Source: Fimbriosthenelais zetlandica (taxonomy: Eukaryota). Taken from it: 64,000 nt of DNA. The notes beneath the pieces were generated by a model that did not search any database, had not been told where the DNA came from, and saw nothing but the letters and a program-made list of their open reading frames with translations. Shown one piece after another: positions 22,101 to 34,000 of the stretch. The stretch covers positions 41,912,001 to 41,976,000 of the forward strand of contig OZ365111.1 of NCBI GenBank assembly GCA_977030845.1. The letters run 5' to 3'. A program made the position numbers and the translations under genes. Every line of letters starts with the position of its first letter. Positions within the stretch are counted from its first letter, which is position 1.

Positions 22101-23307
22101 TGTATTTAATGTCTATTTTTGAAGGGCCTTAATGAAATGGAAGAGGCGGTTAAATTTTACAAGGACGTCCTCCATCAAGACAATATGAGTGTAGAAGCCA
22201 TCGCCTGTATAGGGACTCACTACTTCTACACCGACCAACCTGAGATAGCTCTGAAATTTTACAGGTGACAAATTTGCCGCTTTAAAAAAAAAAAGATTAA
22301 TTTATTCCTGGTCATTCCCCTTATTTAGAATTTGGAAATTGCCAAATTAAAATATAATATTATAATGATAACCAAAAAAATATTTTTTTTAGAAAACTGT
22401 TAACAGTCCAATTTAGATAGGTTTTAACTGATGCTTTCTGAACCAACCTTTCAAGTCTAATTTTTCCAATTTATCTTTTGTTTTTTCCAGACGACTTCTA
22501 CAGATGGGAGTTTACAACACTGAACTTTTCAACAACCTAGGCTTGTGTTGTTTCTATGCCCAGCAATACGACATGACCCTGACATGTTTTGAACGAGCCC
22601 TGTCCCTAGGCACAGACGAGTTGATGGGTGACGTGTGGTACAATATTGGTCATGTTGCACTGGTAAGTATCAAGTACCGACATACATTTGCACCAAAAAC
22701 CATTTGTGAACTTAAAATAACATGATGATTTTTTATCACTAATTATGGAACCTGTTTAAAAAGAGCTTTTAAGATCTTTTTGCCAAAATCACCCCGGTCT
22801 TACACAAGTGTCTTCAGAATGTCATTCTTTTGTTACATTTGTAGGGTATAGGAGATATGAACCTGGCCTATCAGTGTTTCCGCCTCACCCTGGCCTCGAA
22901 TAATGACCATGCTGAAGCCTATAATAACCTGGGTATACTAGAAATGAGGAAGGGCCACGTGGAGCAGGCCCGGGCCTTCTTCCAGGCCGCGGTAGTCATC
23001 AACCCTATCATGTTTGAACCACACTTTAATTTTGCCTCCATGTCAGACAAGGTAGGATTCAGTCCTCTACTTGAATACTATTTCTAATTTATTTAAAAAT
23101 TTGAAGGGTACTAAGACAATTAGCGTCGTAGTGTTTAGTATCATATTTTCAGCATCAGGGCTGAATTAATTTTCTTTTGCATTCTTTCAGATCGGAGACA
23201 TGCAAACCAGCTTTAATGCCGTCAAGAGATCAGTGGAAAGTTTCCCAGAACACGCGGACTCGAAGGAATTACTCAAGACACTCCGCCAACAGTTTGCCAT
23301 GCTCTAA
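19107..23307 (+). CDS. TTC8: Tetratricopeptide repeat protein 8 / BBS8 (BBSome subunit), 10 exons, 499 aa
   Basis: Exons: 19107-19208, 19656-19837, 20263-20422, 20704-20838, 21082-21167, 21475-21673, 22125-22264, 22491-22662, 22845-23051, 23191-23307; GT-AG and phase-consistent, total 1500 nt. Motifs MDPLYLAYSFYRRRKF..C, ARPGTSL, RPMSQSGRPLSGFARPGTQSGRPGTMEQAIRTPRTAHTARPVTSASGRYVRLGTASML, DWWWKVQLGKCYFRL, ELFNNLGLCCFYAQQYDM. Confidence 0.96.
20940..21058. mobile_element. Short interspersed element with a GGCTTCGCC hairpin in TTC8 intron 4 (Helentron/HINE-like)
   Basis: GC-richer patch with CTCGGCTTCGCCTCGAG stem-loop in an AT-rich intron. The family assignment is from recall only. Confidence 0.3.
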
Positions 23308-25034
23308 ATGTGGTGTACATTTTGTGATGGTTACTTTTCAATAATGAAAACCTAAGCACGATTGAAAAATCTCTTCGTTCTGTGTATTCTGGCATATATA
23401 TTATATATGTGTAAAATGTTTTAGAATATAATAATGTGAAGAAGTCCAAATGTGGTTCAAATCTAGAAAAATCTTGGCACTTCTGGAATTAAGTTATTGA
23501 TGGGAAAACATTTGAGAAGACATTCCACCATGTTGATTGTACTCTTATATATGTACACTTGTAGTTTTTGTTTATCTATTATCATGCTCCGTCCAACAAG
23601 CTGTGTGATGATGCAAACTTTGTTAACACTAAAATAAAAATCAATTTAAAAGATATGGCTAATCAGTTTACTGGGGTACTGCAATTTTACGTGAATTAGG
23701 CTCTTGAATCATAATACCCAAAAAGATTTATTACTGCTTTGATTTAAATCCGCCCAAGTATATTACTGGAGAACATATTCCGGCAATTTTGAAGCCTGAT
23801 GTGTCCCGATTCAGCTGGTGTGAGGACCCAAAACCAATTTTCTTGTAAATTCAGAAATTCAAAACGTCTGATTTAGGAAATGCCTGAAAACTTTCATCAC
23901 TGCACCAAGAACGGTGCACTATGAATAATTGAAGAGAACAAGTGTGAATAAATTAGGACTTCCCATATTAGAATGCGCTTTATTTTTTATACCTCTCCAG
24001 TACAAGGGTGTAACATTGATGAGATAATGCCACTTAAATGGAAATCTAGATGAACGGGAAACAACAACTGTACCTTTTGTATGTGTGGCATAATATATAT
24101 TCTTCTTCTGTTTTCTTAGGAATGATATTAATTATTGCAAATATCGCATACGATCACATGGAAATAGGAGAAAAAATATGTGAAAATCACAGCGCCTAAG
24201 GGAGGTAATGGACGAGGTGTGATGTTTATGTTCACTACTTCTGCTTACTAAAGTGTAATTTAATTATAGCTAAAGTATTATTTTTCTTTTCAAACCTAAT
24301 TTATTTTGTACATATTCCTATAGAGTTGAGGGGTGAAAGTGGGGGGACAGGCTTTGTTAAATTTTTGGACCGCACCAATATTGCACTGCACCAATACGTT
24401 CACTGTCATACCTGTAGAATTAATGTAGTCACTTTTCACACTATAAGTAACGCAGACTGAGAATGAATATAATTATATTTATTTTTAAGTTGATTTGTGT
24501 CTTCTTTGTATACCCTAAATAACTCAGAATACCTTTTTTCAATATCCACGAAGGTCATTCTGACATTTATTTATTATGTATATATGAACAATTTTCTGAC
24601 AATGAACAATGTACAGGGGTGGATTGGGGAAGAGGGGTTTGGGGGAGATGTCAGCTGTTCATGACTGCATACAACTGCATACAATGCATGCGTACAATAT
24701 ACAACACTATACACACTTATTTAGAACCTAGATAACAATAATTACGGGAGCATTTGTGCTCAAATAATAATTAAAAATGCTTGTAAGCATCTGGCGTCAT
24801 TCAATTCCTCACGTATACCATATATTACATAGTCAAACACAACCATTCCTGAGATGAGAAATGAGAATCCAAAATACACAATTATATGAGCTTTTAAGTG
24901 TAATTGCCTTCGGGGCTGCTCAGCGACTTCTAGATCCAGCTGAAGGGCTTTCCAGTCACGGCTATTGTTTATGTACAAATGGGTAGATAAAATCACTGGT
25001 CTCTTATATGTATACATGTATGTATTATATAGAT

Positions 25035-28000
25035 TTAGCCCTCGTCGTCTGAGAGAGTTTCATATTGGGATGATAATAAGGGTGAAGGCTCAGCCTCCCT
25101 GTTAATGATGGGTGATGGGGAGTGAGAGGGGGAGACCTGGGCTACGGCCGCTGCCCCATTATGGGGGTGTTGGCCAGCCAGTCTAGAGTATAAGTAATGA
25201 GTAGGAGGGTGGTAAGGGTTGTTAGTAGGGGCAGCAGATGTCGACGTGCTCACACCAGCTTCGGAGGGAGGATGTACTATAGAATGACCAGCAGACTGTG
25301 GTGGGCGGGCCGAGGGGACGTCGGCGCCCGGGAAGGGCGAGTTAGAGTAACGGGAGTTGTTGTCTACGTGCGGTGGTGGGTGGGAGGACGAGGAGGCAGT
25401 AACGACCGAGGAGGCAGAGGATGAAGAACCAGGGTCCATAGTAGCCGTACCACAATGAGAGGACACACTAACACTGGGGGTACCTCTCTGATTACTGTTG
25501 TCTCCTCCTGACCCCACCCCACCACCGCCACCACCACCACTTCCAGGGCGGTGTGACTGAGTGTCTGCTTTGATGTACTCTAGCTTGGAGCTGGTGATGG
25601 AGGATGGAGGGTGTTGTTGGGAGGTGGATATAGACTGACACCCCTCATTACCATGCCCGCTTTTATTGTCCATATGTGCTGAGCTGTCCGCCCCACCCAC
25701 CTCTTCCATGGGCATCATTCTATCACTAGGTGGTTGGGGACTGCTGCTCACGCTGTGACTGCTGGCATTCATGGCCGACTGCTCCACGCTCATGAGCATC
25801 TCATCAGCGGTGGATGCCTCCCTCAGAGGCTGAGTGTGAGGATGTGGGCGGCTGAGGCGACCGTCAGAACTGTGCGCCTCTGGGTTGCCTCGGGAATCGT
25901 CGGAACTGCCCGAGACTGCCATATCCGAGGTTCCTACGTGACTGTATTTGGGTGACCTGGCTCTGTTGGAACTCTCAACCATTCCCACGGCCACGCCGCG
26001 ACTGTCTGTGTATGAGGGGCGGGGACTGCGGGACATGCCTTCAACCACCATGGGGCTCTGTACCATATACTCCCTGCCTGCCTGTCCAGCCATGCTTGGT
26101 GGCTTCATGGTGGTACTACTCGTGGCATTGTAAACATCATCAGCCGAGCTCACGGCACTGCCTTGACTTTCCTCTGAAGACTGAGAATGAACGGAAGGCC
26201 TTGGTGATTTCTGCTTGCTACCAGTCACGCCGTCGTCTCTCATGGGAGACAGTCCGCCGCCGGTATACCGGTCGGCCGACCAGTCTCGATGAGTGGAGCT
26301 CTCCACCGGTCCACCGCGCTGCTGCGGGGGAGGATAGCGCCCCGCGTCCAGCGGGTGGAGTAACGTTCTCTTGTCCCAGTTAGCAGCACTGTCAGAGGGT
26401 GAGCCGGTGGAGCTGCTCGGGCGGGGAGGGCCAGCCGATTCTGGGTTCTGGACCACCTCGGCTATTTTGTCCTGGACGTAGGCCAGGGGAGTTTTGTGCT
26501 GGCGGTGACTTGTAGGTAGTTGCTCACCACGCTGACTCATCACACTACTGTCTGCAGGATAGGAAGCTGGAAATAAAACAGATAAATAGTGAAATAAAAA
26601 CATATTAACTCAATATGCTGAGATTCAATGAATCCTCAAAGGCGTAAATCAATGTTACCAACATCAGATTGGCAAATTGTTTGTTCAGCCGTTAGAATAA
26701 ATTGAATTCCTCCATTTCCAATAAAGATCTTGAGTTCCATATTTAGTTCAATTCCATCAGCTCTGGCAGGCAGAGCTAATAATATACAGTGGGTCATCAC
26801 ATAATGGTCAACTTGCTAAAGCGAATATATCGAATAAGCGAATAAAATTCTCTACAAACGTCACCTCACATAACGACCTTGAAACAGTAATAATGAGGTT
26901 CCATTGTACACGTTTCTTCCCTAAAGCGACCACGTTTGGGACTGACCAATTTGGAGAATGCTTTGGTAACCGAACTTGGTAGTTCCCATAATCGAGAGAG
27001 TTGAAGGCTAATAATAATATGGCCCGAAAACGCATCAAAGAATAGATTAGCTTTTACTGTCAAAATATTTACCAAGTGAGCCAAAATAAATGAACTCACT
27101 CTGTTTATTTTGTGGTCGTGAGAGAAGGCTGGTGATGGCCTGGTGAGAGGCAGCCAGTGAGGATATGGGCTGGTGGTTACTGGAGCTGCATGGAGGAGGC
27201 GCCATTTGTTTCATGGACTGTTGGAGTTGAGAGGAGGAAGGGTGACCTGCGGTCATCACAGCATGCCCCATCATGCCTTGTGAGCCACCGGGGGGCATTC
27301 TGGGAGAGCGAGGGGGCGAGGGCTTCACGCTGGGTTCTGGTCCCCCACTGTCAGTGGAACCTGTCAAAAATGGCAAAAAAACTAATATAATTCTGTGTCA
27401 ATGAGATTGATTCAACAGGAACTATTAGTATATAAGATAATAGGAAGAAATAAAGAAGTGAGCTGAGAAATTAGTAGTTCTAGTATTTATAAGATAATAG
27501 ATACCGGCTTATTTAAATATAGGTAAACCTGTCTAAAATGACCATCATTGGGAACCACTGAAATATCTAAAACATCTACAACTCAAAATACTACAGAGTA
27601 CTTCAATTATTTTACGAGTAGTCCATGAGAATTAAACCTGAGCTTTTCCACTTACTACTAGCTGGAGAGTTGGGATCGGGGATGGTGTAGGTGGTGGGTT
27701 GGGGGGATCTACCCTCGGGCTGGCCAGATTGTGTTATTCGCTGGTCCGCTGGACTATGGAGGGCTTCCACACGGGCTACTTTCACAATCTCTCGTTCATC
27801 AGGTGCCAGGGCTATAGGTGACTGGGCTGACGCTGTCTGAGGCATCTGACTGGTGGAAGAGGTGTTCACCATTTGGTCCATATTATGCTGTTGAGAGGAA
27901 AAGAGGGAAGTCAATAACTTGTATTATAATTTCAGTTTCATTTTTTCCTATTTTGAATGAGCAATATTTTTGACAAGATATAAAGGCATAATCAAAACTC

Positions 28001-31000
28001 ACTCAGTTTCTAATGCCAAATTACCATGGACGTTAATTATAATATTATATATCTATATATGTTATAGACATCAGATTGAGTTTTCTATGAAAATCATTTC
28101 TGTAGTCATCACCAATCATTGTGAATCTCCCGGCAGCTATCTTTAAGTATTCTTTTTAATCAAATGTATTAGTGATTGAGTAAATATCAATTTTGTTTAA
28201 TATAAGGTGCATTCAGTAATTCTTCAGCCGATTTCTCGGAAGAATAGTTGTGGGACTTGTCGAGGACCAAAACAATCACCCTGCCATCAAGTGTGAGTAT
28301 TTATATCTTCACTTACATATTAATTTTTTTTTTTTTAATTTATTATATAAAACCTGAAGATTAATATTAGATCGGTATTTGAAATTTCGGGGAAAAACAA
28401 CCAAATTTACCTGTTCATAAGCTCTTTTCAGTTTCCAGTTGTTAAAGCTTGGTCCCACTTTGTGTGTACCAGTGGAGTAACTCCGTGGCCGCCCCTCACC
28501 ATTGTCATTTTCTACTTGCATTGCTTGAGTAGGCATGGCTGGTCTCATGGATGGTATTGGACTCTGTGATGACCTACCCAGCATATGTGGGCCTTGTGAA
28601 TGTGACTGACTCGGTGGGGGTGGACCGTGAGCTTGTGGGCTGGGACTGGCATGGCGGTGGGGTCCATTTTGATTATGCCCATGGCTACTGACCATTTCAT
28701 GAGAACTGGCCACCCTGGCCATTTCAGCAGCCCGTTGTTGGACCATTTGTTCAGGGACCATGCCCACCATGTTGGGGCCTGGTTGTTGGCCAGGCGGTTG
28801 TTGGTAAGCCATGGGAGGCTTGTGTTGACTGGCACCGATGGACATGCTTCGAGGACGGCCGCTGTTGTCGAGGAGTCGCTGGGAAGAGTCGGGTACTACC
28901 TGGGAACTGGTGGCTACCTGGGAGGGGGAGGAGGTGGGCAGTCGTATCTGGCTGGTATCCATGGTGTGCCCTTCACCATGGGCATTGGCGAGAAAGGACT
29001 TGATAGCATTAGATGTACTCAGTTCTGCTGGACTCATATCTGGAAATGCAGGTTCGGATCAATAATAACAGGAAAGACTACAGGAATGGTAATATATATC
29101 TTTTGCGGCCACCTCTTCTGAACCAGATATGTGGCCGCATAATGACGTTGGCTTCTCTTTTTTTATGGGAAGCTAGCACCAGGAAGGTTTCCAATAACTA
29201 CACATAATCCCATAATAAAACACGGACGCCATAAATATAGAATTTTCTTATAGAATATTTTTAAAACTAGGCCTAATTTTCATTCATGGATATTTGGAAA
29301 ATTATGAACATGCGGCGATATTGGAATTTAAAAAAAAAATGAGGAAAGAATACTTACTGGGCCCTTCAGTTGGACCAGGTAAGCCGTTTGGGGAAGGACC
29401 TTTGCCTTTTTGAGTATAGTCCTGTATAATAATAGCGTCTATGTGCTCGCCCAGTGTAATGGCTCTCATGGAGGCAGCCTCAGCTGATGTCATGCCCTCA
29501 TGTGCCCTCTCTAAGTCTGCAGCGGATGTGGAGGACACACCCAGGTGAGGGGCGGAGGAGCTGGAGGTTTGCTCATGTTGTAGTTGTGGGTGTTGTGGAT
29601 GTTGTTGGGGCTCAGGATGGCCACCCATGTCTCGGGCGTCCATGCCTTTAGCTATTGTCTTGTGCGGTTTATAGGGAGGAGAGCGCTGGTCTTTAGTGGG
29701 GTCTGATTTGGCTTGGGATGGCGGTGGGGGTTGATGGGGTTGATGAGAGTACTGGAGGCCTGGGTGAGTCTGAGATGGTGGCCGGCTAATGCGGGGCATT
29801 TGAGATGTGGGCATCGGAGCCATGAGGGAGGACCCTAAAGGGCTGGGCTGGCCCCGGTGCATTTTTTGTGGGAGGGAGGTGGGCTGAGCCAAAGACATGT
29901 TTAAATGTTTAAATGGGTCTGGGGCATCTTTACTGCTGCTTGCGGCACCCTTATCCTCTTCCGGGTTGCCGTTGCTAATCTGACGAATGATGATAGCATC
30001 GATCAATTTGGCAGCAGTAAATGTGCTGGAAACAGAGGAGGCTCCTCCTGGCCCTCCCCCTGCACCCCCTCCCCCAGCTCCTGCCCCTCCACCCCCACCA
30101 CCGCCTCCTCCACCCCCACCCCCACCACCTCCTCCTCCTCCAGTCCCAGGACTAGGCTTTGCTGAAGGCACATCCTGATTTTTCTGATAGTCCATTCTCC
30201 TCTCTTGGCCTTCATGGGGTTTGGGATCTCGGGAGGGAGGCCGGTGGGTCATTCCGGGAGGTGGGCCGGCTTCAGATCTAGGGGGGTACGGACCAGTGGG
30301 AGGCATGTAGCCTGCGTAGGGAAACCCCGCAGCCTCCATGTGGTTTGTTGGGGGTCGACCGTCTGGAGGTCGGTCCATTGTTCTTAAAGTGCCCCCCGCA
30401 CTAGAGACCCGGGGATGAGAGTGGCAACTCTCCCGGCTTGATGGCCTGCTTTCGTTCACCATTAGCTCATGCCTCTCACGCTCTTGTTTTTCACGTTCTA
30501 GTCGTTCTCGGTCGGCAGTGGCCTGGCGCGCTCCCATTTCCTTCCGCTTTTTTTCCATTTCGTACCTGCAAGATCAAAATTAGATAAAAGTCACCGATGA
30601 AAATATATACCAAACACATCAGTTACATTCTGGTTTTCCTATCCGACTATTCTCTCATATGATAATTAATTTTGCTTGTATATTGTTTAATGTAGTCAGA
30701 ATTTCGCAGCTATCTCAGGACGAGAGGAAACACACTGTCGACACAGGATGTTCCACTTTTGGGGGAATTGAACTGGGGACCGACCTGGCGCTCTAATTTT
30801 CTAAATTAATTACTATTGAGGAAATATTAAGAGAAACTGAACAAACCAAAACAAGTCAATTCTCTTATATGTTTCTTTCTCCGTTATTGTTAAATTTGTG
30901 TGGGCTGAATAGCTTCAAGCTTATGTTTTACCTTTCTGTAAATGCACCCAAGATTGAAATGAATTTAACTCTCTGAATGATCTTAAACATCATGCCCACC

Positions 31001-34000
31001 AATGCATTCCTTGATATACAGTTTCCCAGTATAGAACTTACCAATGATTGTTTCTGTGGTGTTCTTGCTGGGCTACCATCATAAGTCTATCATGTCCGAG
31101 CTCCCTCAATCTGTGTTGTGCCTGGGCCTCCCGGGCATGTGCTTCTCGGGCCTGCATCTGTGCCTCTCGATGCTGGGCCTCTCTGTGCTGGGCCTCTCGG
31201 TGGTGTGCCTCTCTTTGTTGAATGTCTCGTCGCTCCTTCTCCCTCTCTTGCCATTCCCTTTCCTGTTCCATGGCCAGTACATGTGCCCTCTCCTTACTTT
31301 GGTGATCCCGTGGACTAGGAGAGTGCTGGTGTCTGTCTTTGGGAGGAACGGCGAGAGAAGGAGCATTAGTAGCGACTTCCACCAAGGTGGCCAGTCGAGA
31401 GTTATTACAGAGATGAGAGTTTTGAGATGAGGTGTGAGGGGATGGCATTCTGTCCATGATAATCCCACCGGCTGTACCGTGTGTAATGCTGCGGATGACA
31501 TTTTGTCGTGGCGGTGGAGGCGTAGGGTGTCGGTGGTCTGACTCGGGTCGTAAGCCTTGTCCTACGGGTGACACTTGCGACGGGGGCTGGCCACGGTTCA
31601 CTGGATGACCCTGGGGCCATGGTTGACCAGATGAGTCAGTCCGTGGGGGTGTGCCCGTGCGCGAGGGCATGGGGGAGGAGGTCCTTACCCCGACGCGGTC
31701 CTGCGAGGAACTGACAGGCACCTGACTGGGATGCACGTACATGGGACCAAAGGGCGGAGGCATGCCTGATTCCATCATTCCGTGAGGAAAGTTCTTACCC
31801 TGGAGACCCTCCCGGGCCATTTGCTCGCGACTCCGCGGTGAGAGCTGGCGATCCTTGTCTGCTCTGCGCTGGGCATCCTGATGCTGCATTCGTTGAGCAG
31901 TAAGAAAATCATCCATAAGCACCGCCCGGGAGCTAGAGAGCTGCTCGCCTGGGTACTGAGCTGCAGCCTGGGGTGTTGGGTAGGGCACTGCACCAGGAGG
32001 ATAGAAGGCTTGGCCCGATGGGGACATGCGTCGGTAAAGGATGTTATCGTACATCATTCTCATACCTTCCAGGCTCATTCCGGCGGGTGGGCGTCCGGCG
32101 GCGTCAAATACAGGTAACCGCGGCGGGCCTTCCGGGGTGGCCCTGCCTCCAACTGTATCGTAGCGAGGGGTTCCCATGGAAATGCTGCCACCACCGGAAT
32201 GGCTGCCGGATCGTAAGCCCGGGTCATACCGTGGGGTTCCCATGGATATGGACCCTTCAAACCGAGTGCTGGATGATTGGGAGGATGGAGGTTGCGGTAC
32301 TGGAGTTCCTTGAGTAATGGAGCCACCTTAAAAAGGCAAATAAAAGCGTTAACACAAAACCTGTACTCAGAAACAATGTCTAAAATTATACAGAAAAAAG
32401 GTCAAAAGAATATACGGCAATCATAATGTAAAACAAATCGGGATCCATAAAAGAATGGGGAGGCGGGCGGGGGAACGGTATGCATTTTTTCTCTCAAATT
32501 TATACAGTGAACAAGAATGGAAATAAGATTTTTTTTACTTTGATTTTTTAATAAAAACTAAAACTAAAAAAACAGAACCCGGCATTATTAATTTGTTTTT
32601 CTGGCACTTTTAAGTTATTTCTATGCTATTTTGCAACATGATTTTTGACATGAAAATGCACAAGAGCAGTACCTGCTGAAGGCTGGGATATGGGCGACAT
32701 TTTCTCAGTCTTGACCGGTACTTTCCCCCCAGGATCCTGTTTGATATTAATTAACGGTGGCGGTTGACCAATAGGCGTCCGGCTCATCTGCTGACCCCTT
32801 TGTGAAACATGTGGCCCCATCCTCTCCATGGCAAAAGGTGAGGCAGACTGTCTGTGAGTTGGTGGGGTCATCTGTGACCGTTCAGGATGGTAGGCGGTCG
32901 GGGGTGCCTTACTGGCCGCACTTTCTTGTAGTGCTCGTTGCGGTTCGCGGTCCGAGGCTGCGCTAGGTAACTGATGTAAACCATCTGGTTGAGGTGTGTG
33001 CCTTTGGCTGACATGGTGGTGAGAGTGTGCGGGAGGTGGAGCCCTGAGGTGGCCCACTGACTGGACTTCATGACCTGGCATAGGGCCTCTGTACAGCTCT
33101 CGGAACCTAGGATCCATCGGATCATAGTCTCTAGGGTTGCCTTTGTAAGATGTCTGTGGACTGCGGTCCCTCACCGGTCGGGAGAGTCCCCGCCGTGAGA
33201 GATCCTGTGCACCCATGTCCCGCTCATCACGGGCCTGGAATACTTGATGGGTGAACGGGGAGCCTATTCTCTGGCCTGGGTCCACTACATTGGATTCTAA
33301 AACTTCCCTGGGTAATTCCTTCATGGGTTCCTTTGGGTAAGCCATGCGGGGCGGGGCCGACTGGCCTGGTTGAGGGGCACCCACTGATGACCGTGGATCA
33401 TGGTTGGGCAGATGTCCATGATGCATGCCAATGGCCATCTCTGTTGAAAAAAAGTAATATTAAATCTTTTAGTTTAAAGCAATGGTAGACCAAAGGCGGA
33501 GGATAGGCAGTATTAGTTATTCGTCTCGATGTCGGGTTTTGTGATATTATCTCAGACGGAAAACATTTNNNNNNNNNNNNNNNNNNNNNNNNNNNNNNNN
33601 NNNNNNNNNNNNNNNNNNNNNNNNNNNNNNNNNNNNNNNNNNNNNNNNNNNNNNNNNNNNNNNNNNNNNNNNNNNNNNNNNNNNNNNNNNNNNNNNNNNN
33701 NTAGAACTAGTTCTATTAAGGAAGGAAGGTACGAACGAAATAATGAATGAAATAATGAATGAATTAATGAATCAATCAATCTTCATGGCCAGCAAAATGT
33801 ATCAAATTCCAAATATTATTAGATTTAAATCAGTTTCAAACTAGAAATGGCCCCATTATACCATTAAGCAGTGATTCCAATTTTATGCAAGGAAAAGTAT
33901 GGGACTTACTCTTCTGTGTAGTGAGATCTTGTACAATGTTCCGTTCAATGGCACAATCAATGAGATCCCTCACACAAGCAGGAGGTGACCGCTTCTCCAT

